The notes under the pieces are model-generated. The model made no database searches. It saw nothing but the letters and a program-made list of their open reading frames with translations, and had not been told where the DNA came from. The position numbers and the translations under genes were made by a program. Below are positions 12,914 through 29,594 of a stretch of 64,000 bases of DNA, piece by piece. This DNA is from Podarcis erhardii (lineage: Eukaryota): the NCBI GenBank assembly GCA_964252035.1, contig OZ176211.1; one strand, 5' to 3'. Every line of letters begins with the position of its first letter. Position 1 is the stretch's first letter.

Positions 12914-15303
12914 GACACTAACAGGCATAGGAGGAGGGCAGCAGATTGCTCCTGATCCTGCACATTAGCGTACCCAAAGAGCCGTGGTAATCAAAGGCTA
13001 TGGAATCAAGGCTGAAGGGAAGCTGAGACTGGCAGGCCTTCATGTCTGAGGCATAAGAGAGATGCAGTTTGGAGAATATGCACCTCATCAAACCTATCAC
13101 CTCACCACATACAGACTCCTTTAAATGACCAGAGTGAACCTATTCTTCAACTTCAGGAATCTCACAAGGTAAAATGAAATTGGCCCCATGAAATAGGCAC
13201 CTCCTAAGGTGCCAAAGAATATCTTTAAAGTCGCATCTCAAAACGTAAAGATGTTGGGGAGGTGTGCTGGCTTCAGGAAGTGACACATCACAAAATTTGC
13301 TTCCCCTGGAGTTGGGTTTAATAGGGAGGTTGCCAGAGGGGAAAGGGAATGAGAATGGATCTTCCCCTTCATTAACTATGCCACTGTTTTGAGTGTTTTG
13401 AGATCGGCAGCATGCTTTGCTATGTTCATTTCCAAGACAAACCCCTAAGATGACTTTGAGGCTTAGTCAGGAGTGAGAGCGCTCACATATACAACATTCA
13501 GCCAACAAAGGCATTGTAGGGACTGAAAGGCCACTACTCTGACTCCTTTGCTCAACCAGAGGAGAACCTGAGCTATCTATTGAGCAGGGCAGTGTGGGAA
13601 AATGGGATGGTAAAAGGACGAAAGCAATTTCATCCTCTTTGTCTTGACCTTCTTCTCCCCTTCAATAACGTTTTGTCACAGGTACTTAAAAGCTTCAACT
13701 CCTTACCCAGCAATTCCTAACAAGTTAATTTGCAATTTTTCACTGCCACACCACACTGTACCGCTTATTTTACTTAGCCTTCTATCTACAATGCCCCTGA
13801 GATCTGATTTCCAAGTAATCACAACCTAATTAGACCCTTTCTACCCAATCAAAAAAGAAAAAGCACACTTCTTCCATAAGGCTTTTGTAACAATTTTATC
13901 CCCTGCGTCTGTTTTTATACTGTTATTTATATAATTTTGTTGTTTGGTGCCTGTGTATTTTGTAACATAAACCAATTTGGAAAACTTTTTTTGGAAAAGC
14001 TATTTTAACAAATAATTTTAATTAATAATTATCTACAAGTATTAACTATAGGGCCTGAGGGCCCCCTCAGAATATGTTGTAGAATGTTCATCTGTGTTAA
14101 TCCAGCTGGTGAAATACAGCATTACACAGTGGCTGCCATGTCTGTCCTGTCTCCCTCAGACCTGGCAGGAACAGAGTGTGCCCAGTTTGTGGGCAGCCAC
14201 AGCATGCCGGCATTTATTCCTAGCAAGGAAGCCTAGTACAGCAACATATACAACCAAAGACTGCGTCAGTCCCTCCCCTGCCATCTGACTTTATAGCCAC
14301 AAAGTAGAAAAGAAGCTACAAGAGCAAGTAGTTAGCAGCTGCACATCCTTGCACCCTCCGTTTCTGCTGTCTTTAAGGGGAGAAAGGCACTGGTGATCAC
14401 CTCCTGAATTATAACCTGTAAAGTGCAGTCAAATAGTTCAGCAATGCCACATTTCAGTTCTTTAAGGAATTACTGAAATAATATCATTCATTCTGAACAA
14501 AATATAATTGCATTTTCTACTACTCAGAAAAACCATCCTATTCTAACCCAGACTTGTAATTAAGTCTGGATTTGGGTTTTACAAACACTATTTTTAGAAG
14601 AATAGCAACAGCAAGTAAGAGGACAGATTTATTTATTTGAATTTATAAAATTTATCCTGCCCTTCCATTCAAAGGAGCCAGGGGCAGATTCACGTTATAT
14701 GAATACAAACTTAGGCTTGCTTTGTTGATCAGGAAAAAGTGCGAATGGGATACCAATTAATAAGAGCAACAAGGGTCAGAAGTGTTATTTCCTAAACTAA
14801 TATACAAAGGGCTTACATTGGAAGGAAACAAATTTAAATGCTAACTGTGTGTTACTAACCAAGTCTATGTATTGGGATGGTTTAGAAATGGACAATCCTG
14901 CTTCAGTATAAGGTGTTAGATGTGGTTCCCCATGGTTATTCTTTTAGTCATACTGTCTTACTGAAACATCCTCAAGCTTATCTACTAACATGAAAACATA
15001 TTGATGAAAAGACATTTTCCAGCAGCACCATACCTTACATTCCATTTTGGAAGAGTCAGTCTTTGTATCACACTGTAGAAATTAACAAGAACTGTCAGAA
15101 GAGTTTCAGTTTCCTACATTTAAAAAGGTCCAAATAGCCATATACTTTCTATGGATGTTTAGCATAATTTATATTAAACGTTACTTAGAACTCTGCCCAA
15201 AATACAGTAAGATTATCATGCTGCCACAGACATTAAAGGTTTTTTTTCTTTGATATGAAGGACTTCAAACTGTAACAGTAAAAGATTTGTACTTTCTCCA
15301 GAC

Positions 15304-15435
15304 CAGGGGCAAGAGTCCTGTGGCTATCCAGATGATGATAATGTACTACAGCTCCCATCATTCCCGATCACTAACCATCTGGGCTGGGTTGTTGGAAGTC
15401 CAACAACATTTGGAGGGTCATAAATTCCCCATGCC
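15304..15435. mobile_element. Degraded hAT-Charlie-type MITE
   Basis: cagggg start, tccagatg...actacagctcccatca interior, caacaacatttggagggtc...ttcccc end. Confidence 0.65.
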
Positions 15436-18400
15436 ATTTTAGGACATGCCATTTTAACAGATCTTTGCGGTATCCACATAATTTTTTTAATAACTAATGT
15501 AGAAACAAATTGTTTTATTCTGACAGGCTTTTGGTATATGTGGCAGATAATATTTTTATGTTTGTTTTTAAACTGTTCTGTTTTATATTGTTCTTTTTAT
15601 ATTTTTAAAAATGTTGTTAGCCCACCAAAAGGGAAGGATATACATGTTTTGATAAACAAATATTTGGAAACTATAAAGTTGAATTTTGTAACCTGCCTGC
15701 TTGAAGTGACTCGAAACAAAATTTGATATGTTTTGCAAAGACCAGTTTTGTATAGGATACGAAGGCAGATGTAGAATGAAGCACAAGAAGCAAATAATGT
15801 GTTGCTGCATGGAAGACACGAAGAGGAACATGGAGCACAAGATCTGCTCAATTTAACAACTGTAATAGCTACCTGAGCTCCCACCTCACCTCAAATCATC
15901 ACTGGATCCTCAGCCTTCTTCCTTGTCTAAATACTTTCAGGACCATATTATCCAAAGGCTAAGCTGTTTTTGCTTTTAAAATTTGCTGATTCCATAGATT
16001 CTATATTGCACTTGGCACCGTATTCACAATGAATAAGAGAAATCCTGATTACAACACAGCCCAACCTTATGTTGTGGTTCAGTTTCTGAAAACCAAACCA
16101 TCACTCCCATGTGGTTAGGGAAACATGAAATTTTGTTTTGAAACCCACAGGGGAAAACAAAAGTGATACAAAAATGGGTTGGCATCCACCCTTGAAGCAG
16201 AAACAGTACTATAATACGGATTCTAGTTTTAGTGAATAAATGTCAGAAATACGAAATCTATAAGGATTTAACAAGACTCAAGCTCATCAAGTACTGACTC
16301 AATATGCAGCCCCCAGCTGGCCAGTATCAGATCCCCACCCACCTCCCTGCGAAGCTAAACCATCCATCACACAACAAATGACATCAGTGCTATTTGAATA
16401 ATCAGTTTGCAGTATGTATATTGCCCCACCAAGATAACAGCTGCTCTTGTGGCAAGCTAGGGAGTATCTAAAGGGCTTGTACAAAAGTTTTCCAATATAC
16501 ATGTACTATCTTGTTTTGCATAAATTTTTCCCAAACATTTGTGGTAGCTGATGATCACAGCTAAGAATACTCCACATTCTTTTTGTAACATGTGACTAGC
16601 AGCCTGCATTGTTACAATGCCGTTTCCAAGTTTTGAATGAAGTGATCCAAGCTTCCCTAAAGTATCTGGAGGTTTTCTATGATCCATGAGGTTATGAATG
16701 CAAAAATTTTACATTCCTTTCATATTCCCTTGAGGTTTCCATAGTAAGACAGAAATCAGCTTCTGGCTAGAGCCATATTATAAACAGCTCTCTCTCTGCT
16801 CCCAACTAAAATCTAGACCATTCCCTCTATCCCAACTCAATCACAATATAGCCTATTTGCCTGTCTCAATGACCATTCTAGAACACCACAGTCCTAAACA
16901 GCCTTTCACAGCAGGTATAAAGGTTGCTTTTGCGAGTGTGGGTGTGTCCTCTTTCAATCTAAAAGTCCAAACTGCTGGAATGCAACTGCTGAGCCTTAAA
17001 ACTCCCTTTAAATAACAAACCAGGCTAGCTTTACAGAGACTGGCCTTTCAAATTTAATTTTGTAAGAGCTCCTGACACTATTATGAGAGGATATGGATTA
17101 ACAATATCCCTGTGTCCACCCCTAGTGCACAATCTCACCAAAATGAATGAAGGGAGAATATCTACAACTACACAGCATGAACTATATATTCTATAGAAGT
17201 AGATCTATAACCAGATAGATGAGAACATTCATATCAGGAGTGCTCAATGATAAAGATTAATATACTGCTGTGCACTGCTTTGAACTTTTTGAAAAATATC
17301 AATACATTTTAATAAATATATTTTACGGGACTTCACCATATTCTGTATCAAACTACTTCTTAATTCTAACTGAAGCATTTATCCAACCAAAAGTCCCTGA
17401 CCCACTGGTAATAACTGCATGCACCCTCTGTTTAAAATGAAAAAGGGAGGGAGGAAGAGAGTTTAAGAAATGAAAGGGTGAAGAAGTAATTTAACCTAGG
17501 GTTCCAAAACAGCAAATTCCTATATACATCTTATGATGTACAGATCAATTGATCTGGAAGTCTTACATGAACTCAGAGAAACATCTGTAAATAACATTAT
17601 TTCTTCATCTTTTTTTGGTAGGACATTACAACAGTTGTTTATCTGTACGCAACACAAGATAGCTCCGTGGCACAGAAAGTCCATTCCTTAGATACAAAGC
17701 AGAAGAATGGCACACTTTTGAAATGTTGGCTATAAAACACAAACACAGAGACTATACTTTACAGTCCAATGCATGATTCAGTATGAAGCAAGTCTCACTG
17801 AGTTCAATGGAAATTATTCCAAAACATAACTAGAATTGCAGCCTATGTTTTAAATTAGGTTCCATATCAAAGATGCTTAAGTCCACAAAGCACATGTGTC
17901 TGTATATTTCATTAAAGATTTGTATCTCCATTATATAAAATTCTATTAAGGATGAAAATATACCAAAAATCTTAAAAAAGAAAATTTTGTGCATCACAAA
18001 ATTACTTTAAACAAATTTTCACATGTTTCTTCAAAGCTACTTGTCGCATTAAAGCACATCATTTTTAACTGCACACCAAAAAGGAGGAAAGGAAGAAAAA
18101 AGTAAGAATCAGGAAGTGAATATTTTTAAATCACATTTTCATTACTACACAACAGCAACAAGACAACATAATTAAAATTCACTATTACAAGTATTTCTGG
18201 AGTACAGTAAGATTTCCATTTACACATACAACCATCACTTTACTACCTTACATTATACTATACTGAAAATACTTATAAAATGGCTAGGGTACACAAAGGA
18301 ATTGATCCTTTAAGTAAACAGATACATATTACAAGTAAAGAAGTTGAATTACCCCATTTTCAGTGCAGACAGAGTGTGTAAACCAAACAAGTATTAAGCA

Positions 18401-19423
18401 TACCAGAATGCATGCCAATAGATACAATATGCCTTAATACATTAACAGAGGTTGCTTCCTAATTGTATTTGTCCACAAATCTCTTCTGGCTCCAACGTAA
18501 ATTTTCATACAACGTTCAATAAGCCTTGCATATTTTAATTCCCCAAAGTAAATGATAACAATCAGCAGCTAACACTTCCAAACAACTATTGTAGAGGCCT
18601 AAAAATGCCTGTCTCTTTAAGAAAAGCTTTTTCATCTGGACTGTATTCTTGCCTAGGTACAGAATAAGATTTTAAAGAAGCATCTGTTAAATGTGAGATA
18701 CCAGCACAATAAAGACTGCTTCATAATCTATGCATTTATGAAAGCAGATTTAACTACTCCAGGAAAGTTTTTGATTTAGATTCAAGAAACCTTTGTATCT
18801 ACCTGGCCCACAGAAGCTGTATTACTCGGTGTAAAGTATTTTCACAAAAAACAGAAAAAGTTAACTATGTATCAACTGTACCTTGCATTAAAAATAAAAA
18901 AGGGGGCTCCCATTTTGCCATACAGAAGTATCTGGTGATAAAGAAATACCTCAGCTTGCAGTGCAATCTTAATCATGTCTACTCAATGGGTCTTACTCCA
19001 AGGTAAGTGGGGTTACATACTCAAATAAAACTTTCTCAACATAAATATTATACGAACTTCAACAAAAACACGAGATGGGCAAGATGTTTGTAGTTTGTCT
19101 ATTTCATGGTTCAACACACTGATTCTTAATGCTCCACTACTTCCTAACTACAATATGAAATTGTTCAAATGAAATGTTTTACTCTTGACCATCTATGACT
19201 GTTCAACTTTCTTTTAAAGCCACAGCTACCTGACAGCATTCATCATTAATATAAGAACAACATTACTGAATATCACAAATTAATGAGTGATTTAATATCA
19301 CAAAGTAACAATTGATGTTTAGGCTGCTAAACATCAGATCAACTTGCTTCCAGTTTCTTCTGAACGATGAAGATTTCCATTCGCAAAGGGGGGGAGATAA
19401 AAGAAAATAAATTCATTACGTAC

Positions 19424-19484
19424 CTTTGTCTTTTGGGAACTGAATGTTCAACCTCTATGAGTTTACCATGCAGTTCAACTTTAC
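19424..19484 (-). CDS. IGF2BP3: IGF2BP3 coding exon 2 (end of RRM1)
   Basis: Missed by the ORF track. Acceptor ttgtag|GT AAA GTT GAA CTG CAT GGT AAA CTC ATA GAG GTT GAA CAT TCA GTT CCC AAA AGA CAA AG|gtacgt = (G)KVELHGKLIEVEHSVPKRQ(R); 61 nt, phase 1 to phase 2, in frame with exon 1. Confidence 0.97.
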
Positions 19485-19859
19485 CTACAAACAGTAATAC
19501 AAGTGGTTTTAGAATTAATTGGGTGCTCTCACACCCCTACTCCCGATATGAATTTATGATGTAAAACAGCAAAGGAAACACAAATGCAACATGTTATAGA
19601 GTTTGCTCACCAAAAGTTACAGGGCAGCAACTGAAGCATGGTGGGAATGATAAATAGCCACATGCCAAGAACCTGGCGTACAGTAGAGCCAGTTCCGATA
19701 GAAAAGGTTGAAAATGTATTCAGGGCAACTCTCAAGCAGAAAGTTGTTCTCTTTTAACCTCTAGTATCCTCCAGTGTGATACGTTAAAACTCAGTTGTAC
19801 ATACACACACATGCATATATGTACGCCTCCCCTGATGAGATTAACAGGCCTCTAAGAAC

Positions 19860-23360
<3,501 letters not shown>

Positions 23361-25599
23361 CAAGGAACCATTCATAATTTTCAACATTTGTAAAGCACAA
23401 TGGTGGGTTTGTGGGGGGAGGGGTCAGAGTGTGAGGAGCCTTGTTCCAGAGCAAACAAAATGTTGCCTGAAGATGAAGAAAAGGATACGGAAATGAAAGC
23501 CAACACTGTTTTAATATATAGGAATCCAGTAGGTTTTGTTTAAGAATTCACTTTAGTAAAAGGGTTCATTTATGCTGCATAGACTGGGGAGGGAGGAATT
23601 GGGTCATAATGGGTATAGTAAACAGTTAAATACTTTTATTAGTTACATAGTGACAATCACATTCACTATATTTTTGTGAGAAAATAGGGGTGGGTTGTTG
23701 TTGTTATCTTTGCTATAACTTACTAACTCCAGTCCTAAAACTATAAAGTAAGCAAAAGTAATTTTAATCTGCAAAAGTATCATTAATGAATGCCTTTGTT
23801 AGAGCTGTGCTTTTGTCAGACAAAAGTAGTGATCAAATGTTCTGGTATGTATGCTTTGCAAATGGAAAACAGGATAGTACTTGCAATAGAATGACAAGAT
23901 GCAGAAATGTAGAGTATTTTAAACCGTGTAAAAGTTGTAACTAGCCCCTGTAACTAATTGTTATAGCGAAGCAACTTTTTTCATGAACAGGTATTATTTC
24001 ATAAATTTATTTAGACAAGATAGATTAGACTTTGTTATAGAACAAAATTCTAATTTAGAACAAAAGTTCTAATTTATGGAAAAATCTTATAATTTAGATC
24101 ATTGTTCAGAAATCTAACCTTTCTTCGTTCAGTGTTGAAGTGTATAATTTTGTACAATTGTTTCTGAGCCTCTGATAGAATACTTGTGAATAAAAAAGGG
24201 GGAAGTCTTTGAATATGGGTTTTTCTAGAATTCATTTTACCAATAATTAAGTTGGGAGTTTTGGTCTGCAATTATTCTGCAAAAACTGCATGTATGTTTC
24301 TTTGAATATGAGGTACGAACACAGCTTACTATAAATGTATAATTGTTTGCTTGACTTAAGCATTCTTCTATTTTACATTCACTAGTTTAAAAATAACTAA
24401 ATTAAACTGAAATGTAAGAAAGCTTATTCAAAGATGTAAGTTGCATTGTGTTCCACTGAATTGGTTCCACAGTGCTCAACAGAATTTACTACACTGGAAC
24501 AAACATGTTTTGAATCTGCCACTTTTCTAAAAAAATAAATCAGATTGTTCCATAAATGTTTTCTTTAAAATAATTGAATTCATTTTTGTAAAAGAAAAGC
24601 AGGCCAAGGACTGGCTAGTTTTATAAAATTAAAATCCTGATAGTATATAAAAAGCATTTAAGAGAAAATTGAGAGCCCAATCTGCAAGCAAATTATTTCA
24701 GCTTGACTTGCAAAAATTAAACTAAGTAAACAGTAAACTAATGTTTTCTTAACTACAAGTTAATTTGTTTCAATTTATTTGATAAATATACATTTAATGC
24801 TGGAAATGCAGTGGTCTAGTTTTATAGTATTTCAAAATACTTCCAAGACTATAATGTATTAGTTTGGTTGATTTGAGGAGCTTCCTGGTAATAAGCTGTG
24901 TTCATTTAACTTTACTTGGGAATAAAATTAAAACATCCAAAGATTTCTATTGCATTAACTGGTAAATGTTTTCTATCAGAACAGACTGAAGAGGTTAATA
25001 TTGTAAGTAGCATGAATAGTTAATAGGTCTTGCTGTAGGTCTTTAGGTTGTTGTTTTTTTTTAAGGATCAGAAACCAAATATTTTAAACATTCTTGGATG
25101 ACCAAACCAATTTGATTAAATATAAATTGATTTTTTTTGTTGCAGTAGCCTAAATGAGGAATTTATCTTCTAATTAAGGCTGCAATGCTATATTCAGTTG
25201 GTACTAAGCCCCCTGAATTCCATGGGACTTACTCCTGAGTAGACTTGCATGGGGTCACATGGCAAGCGGCCAATGGGTTTCAAAAAGTTGTTTATCGCTG
25301 AGCAGAAGTGCAATATTGGAAGTTGAAATACTGGAAAGGATTTTGAAAGGCTATCTATGAAAGCCAAAACTAAGCTGTCAGTAGTTCAATTAAAAAATGT
25401 TAAAAACACTAAATAATGGTACACTTGCTTAAGAAAAAGCAAGCCTGTGTGTTTAACTACTCTTGTTATGAAGTCCTGGGCCTGATCTAATGAACTATGA
25501 CCTATTTTTTACTGTTGGGTTCCCCGGGATTCTCTGCAAGCAATATGGAGAACATTCACCCTGCTTTTAGGAATATAGCTGAGCTGCCTATAACTGTTG

Positions 25600-27060
25600 T
25601 TTTTTGGGGGGTTGGGAGAGAGAGCGCGTGTCGAGAAAGCTCCTGTTTTTCAACGCGCTTTGGGGGGGGGGTGTCTGTATGTCTGAAATGGCTGCACCTC
25701 GGGGGAGAAGCAGCTAACCCCCAGACCTGTCAGCAGCATTATTCCATTTTAAAGAAAAAAGTGCCCTTGATCAGCGTTGCAGTACGTTGGTTTGGGGTTG
25801 TTGTTTTTTTTGCCACCCCCATCCTGCCCCTCGCTTTGCCTTTGGCATAACGCATTGCTTCCCCTCGCATGCCATGGACACAGATTTAATTGGCTCGAAC
25901 ATACCCACAGCTGACTCATGTGCGAAACACCCTTTTTAAGACACGTTTCTTGCCCCTGCGCTATGTGTCATAATCGCATAAACCGCGCAGATCCTCTCCT
26001 CCCCACCCACCACCCGCAGCTGGGGGATGGGGAAAAAAACCTCTAAAATATATGTAACCTTTAAAAGGAAGGTGTGTGGGGGGGTGAGAATCATTCTTCT
26101 AGCTGCCTTAGGTTTTCCAATCCAAGCTCCGTGGAAACTGCGAAGGAGGCGCCCTCCCCGCCCTCCATTGCCCCCCCCCCCAGCCTCGATCACGCAGGAC
26201 GAGCTTGCAATTCAGCAACAAGCGCGCGCGCGCTGCATGGGAGTAGCCGTAGTAATCGTAGTAAGCCGCGCGTGAGCTCCGGGATGAGATTCCCCGGCTG
26301 TGTGTGTGTGTGTGTGTGTGTGTGTGTCGAGAGGAGCAAGACCGGCTCCCGATTGGACGAGGGCTGCGCCTACCAGCGCGCTCGGCCTCGTTTGCGCCGG
26401 CGCCCTCGGCTCCCTGATTCGCTCGCCTTTCTCTCCATTCACGGGCTCCTTGGGCCGTCGCTGCCGCTCTTGTCTTTGTGGCGCGAAAAGGAGGCTCGCC
26501 GCCTCGCGCCATTGCAGCTCGGGGAACCTCTTTTGTTCGCCAAGGGCGGCTCGACTTCCCTTCCCCTTCCTCCTCCTCCTTCCCCCTCTGGCTGCGCTGA
26601 GGGGGCTCCTCGAAATAAAGAGGAGGAAGCGCGGCTCGCCTTCGCAGCCCAGGGGCTTCCTGAGGCTCCCTCCTGCCTCCTTTCCCCTCAGCCTTGCAAT
26701 AATGGCTGCTCCAGGAATCCTCCTTGGGGCTTTGCCATTTCACTTCAACTTGTAGCTGGCTTGGCGAGGCTTTTTTTCCCCCCCACGCGCGTTTCCAACA
26801 GAGCTGCGCTTCTCCCTACACTTTGCAAGTTGGCAGCCTCGCCTTGCAATTTTGGATGGTTCGTTGGGTATTTTAAGTATTCCGAATTGTACATCGCTTT
26901 TAGTATTCGAATTGGGTGGGGAGGGAATTGTGTTATAAGCTCGCCTTGTGGCTTTCCTTAACTCGTTTGGGAGCCTGGGATATTACCTAATATGCAACAA
27001 GGAAACGCCCACAATGGTTGTCTCTCCCCCCCCCCCGCCCGACAGTTGCCACTTTTTCGA
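25600..27060. promoter_or_regulatory. Second CpG island about 4 kb upstream of IGF2BP3
   Basis: GC/CpG-rich block separated from the main island by about 2.2 kb of AT-rich DNA. Contains a minus-strand CCAAT (26351-26356), TGACTCA (near 25912), (GT)14 and (CG)n runs. Confidence 0.85.
26299..26327. repeat. (TG)14 microsatellite inside the upstream CpG island
   Basis: Directly seen. Confidence 0.95.
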
Positions 27061-29557
27061 ATGGAAGCTGCACTGTTTGTTGCTGAAATGTTTAAAGGTG
27101 CAGAGTCTTCCAATGAAATGTGACTGGTGGTAACACTTTAAGGAATAACGACAGACCACTTAAAGGCTCAGCAGAGGTGAACGGCTCGTTCTTCCTGTGC
27201 ACTGCAGTTTTCTGGAGGATCTAAGGAAAGAAGGCAAAACTACTCGGCAGCTTTTTAAAAAATTAGTATTTAAAGAAGAGTCTCATCGTTAGCTGTGGAA
27301 GCTTAAAAGTTCCCTCCAGTAGTGTGCTGCTGCTAAATTTCTGCAGCAGCTTGATAATGCAGTACACGCTAGCACCTTTCTTGTCAGCCAGGGCTTCTGT
27401 AAATTTAAATAGCTGCATGAGAAGGAAACAGTTGAGCAGGTGAAAGAAAGGCTGTCCTTGGATGCATGTCTACACCAGGGAAGTCTTCACAATGATGAAA
27501 AGGACCATGCAGAGAACCTGCCAGAAAGAGAGGTGACAAGCTTGGTTCTTAAGTGCTACCAGTTGGAGTCAAAATAAACATAACACATGGTAAATTCAAT
27601 GGAATAGTTATCACTTGTTATCTAATATATTGGATGTTTGTTTGCATTCTTCTGTTCCATGTATTTTTTTAATCTGGAGTGATATAAAGGGAGTAACTAA
27701 TTTCCTTAGCATAACAAATTCAGAAGTAACCAGATTTTTTTCCACTATAGAAATTAATTACTAACTTGTCTGCTTACATGGTTTATTGTAGCTCAACTGT
27801 TCATCTGTGTTTTTAACATAACATTGCAAGCAATTTATAGGAATTGGTATAATCTAATACAGTACTTTCAAGTGTGTAAACAATATTGTATTCTGTTAGC
27901 AGGAAAGCCACAACATGCAATAATATCCACAATTTGTCCACTGATTTACTGCTGAGTTTTGCAATTAAGTGGCTAAAAATGTTTGAAATAAATATTGTTT
28001 GCATGTCTGCATTGGATTCACACATGCTACAAATGAAAAACAAATAGTCCTGAAAGATTAAGCAATGTGACATAAATATATATGAAATTTGAAGCAAAAT
28101 GTATGTTAACAGTTTGCAGGATGAAACAAAAATATGTCTTGTACTACTATATTTTCAGTAGACAAGGTGTCCGTAAAACAGTTTATAAAACTTATGTAAA
28201 GCCTAGATTCTGAAGAATTAAGAAGATTAGCAAATATGATATGAGAATAGTAATTGTTTTGTATAGCTTTTAATATGTGTAGGATTTAGATGGGTGTTTG
28301 TGAATTAGGAATGCTACCCCACTAATATTTTCATAGGTGCTGCAGGCACTCCAGATGCCTGGGTTAATCTTACTTAGTTTAAGATTTTGATTATCATTTG
28401 AATAAAATAAAAGTTTTGCAAAGGGGTGGATTATATAAACTGTAGTCCTATTCTTGTTTAACTGGGAGTAAGTCTCATTGATTTCAATGGATTTAATTCA
28501 AAGTATGAAATCCCCCTGTAGTTAATCATGATTATTAAATTATTTTGATATTCCATGCATCATTCAGCATCATAAGTAGCTGATGGACAGTCTCACTACC
28601 AGTCTTTAAAAAATGGGAGTGAATACCATTGATTGGTTTTATGTGGGTAATTTTAGGGCTGCAGCTGTGAAATATAATTATGTGCACTGTGTTTAGTGAG
28701 GCTTATTCCCAAGTATGTGTGTGTTGGGGTTTGAGCCTAAATATTTGTTTAATAACTTGCTAGGATTTGTTCTAGATTCATAAACTACTTTTAGTGTTTG
28801 CATCTCAGTTGCTTCACTTTTCTTAGAATCAACATACCTGCGGCAAATATTTTTACATTTCAGGAATAAGAAGGATAAAATGGATTCCTTCCTTATGTTT
28901 CCAAAGCAATACTCAGGTAATACTAGTAATTTTGTTAAAATTTCAAAATAGTTTAACACTATTAAATTCCTTTCTAAAACATTTCATAAGAACGACAAAA
29001 TGGGAGAAATACCTTGAATGATGAGATTTAGTAATAATTTATACTTGCACAATTTGCTAATATTTGTTATGCTGGCATTTTCTCTTGCAGCCCAAAGCTT
29101 ATTTACTTGGAAGCAAGAACCACTGATTTCTGTGAGATATGCTTGCAAATAAGTATATCTAGGACTGCAGACTTTAAGAGACTAAGATCCACTTAGGCAA
29201 GAACCCCAAACCCACATACCTGGGAGTAAACAGTCTTGAATTCAGAAGGACTGACTTCTGAGCATACATGGTTAACATTGTGCCATTAATCTGGATCCAG
29301 AGTAGGGATGCAATCCTATAAACTCTTCAGTAAGTCCCACTGAACTTAGTAGTACTTACTTCTGAGTAGAAATGCATATGATTGTGCTGTTGAATTAATG
29401 TGAACAGTTGGTCATGACTAAGTCCCATTTATTTCAGTGGAGCCAAGGCGGTCAGTTAAAAAAAAGAGGACAAGGCTCTAATATATTTTATAGTTGTATA
29501 GAAGCTACACCTGATGATGTTCCCTCTTCTTGATAACTATTAAAGGTATAGGAGTCC

Positions 29558-29594
29558 TGTTTTGTTTTTGTTTTGTTTTGTTTTGTTTTGTTTT
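29558..29594. repeat. (TTTTG)n microsatellite
   Basis: Directly seen, about 7 units. Confidence 0.9.

Larger units (their letters stand above)
1..19423 (-). other. IGF2BP3: IGF2BP3 intron 2 (partial, continues past the left edge)
   Basis: Starts at the GT donor at 19423. I found no match to the expected exon 3 peptide (IRKLQIRNIPPHLQWE-like) in 1-19423. A long intron 2 is typical of IGF2BP genes. Confidence 0.85.

Noticed and set aside
24038-24074. Short tandem duplications (also near 29990 and 39610)
   Set aside because: Ordinary slippage duplications with no context suggesting function.
26074-26961. 295-aa plus-strand ORF and 211-aa minus-strand ORF as genes
   Set aside because: They run through a (TG)14 microsatellite (CVCVCV/HTHTHT) and have no recognisable domain. 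Only the short periodic block is kept, as a speculative finding.
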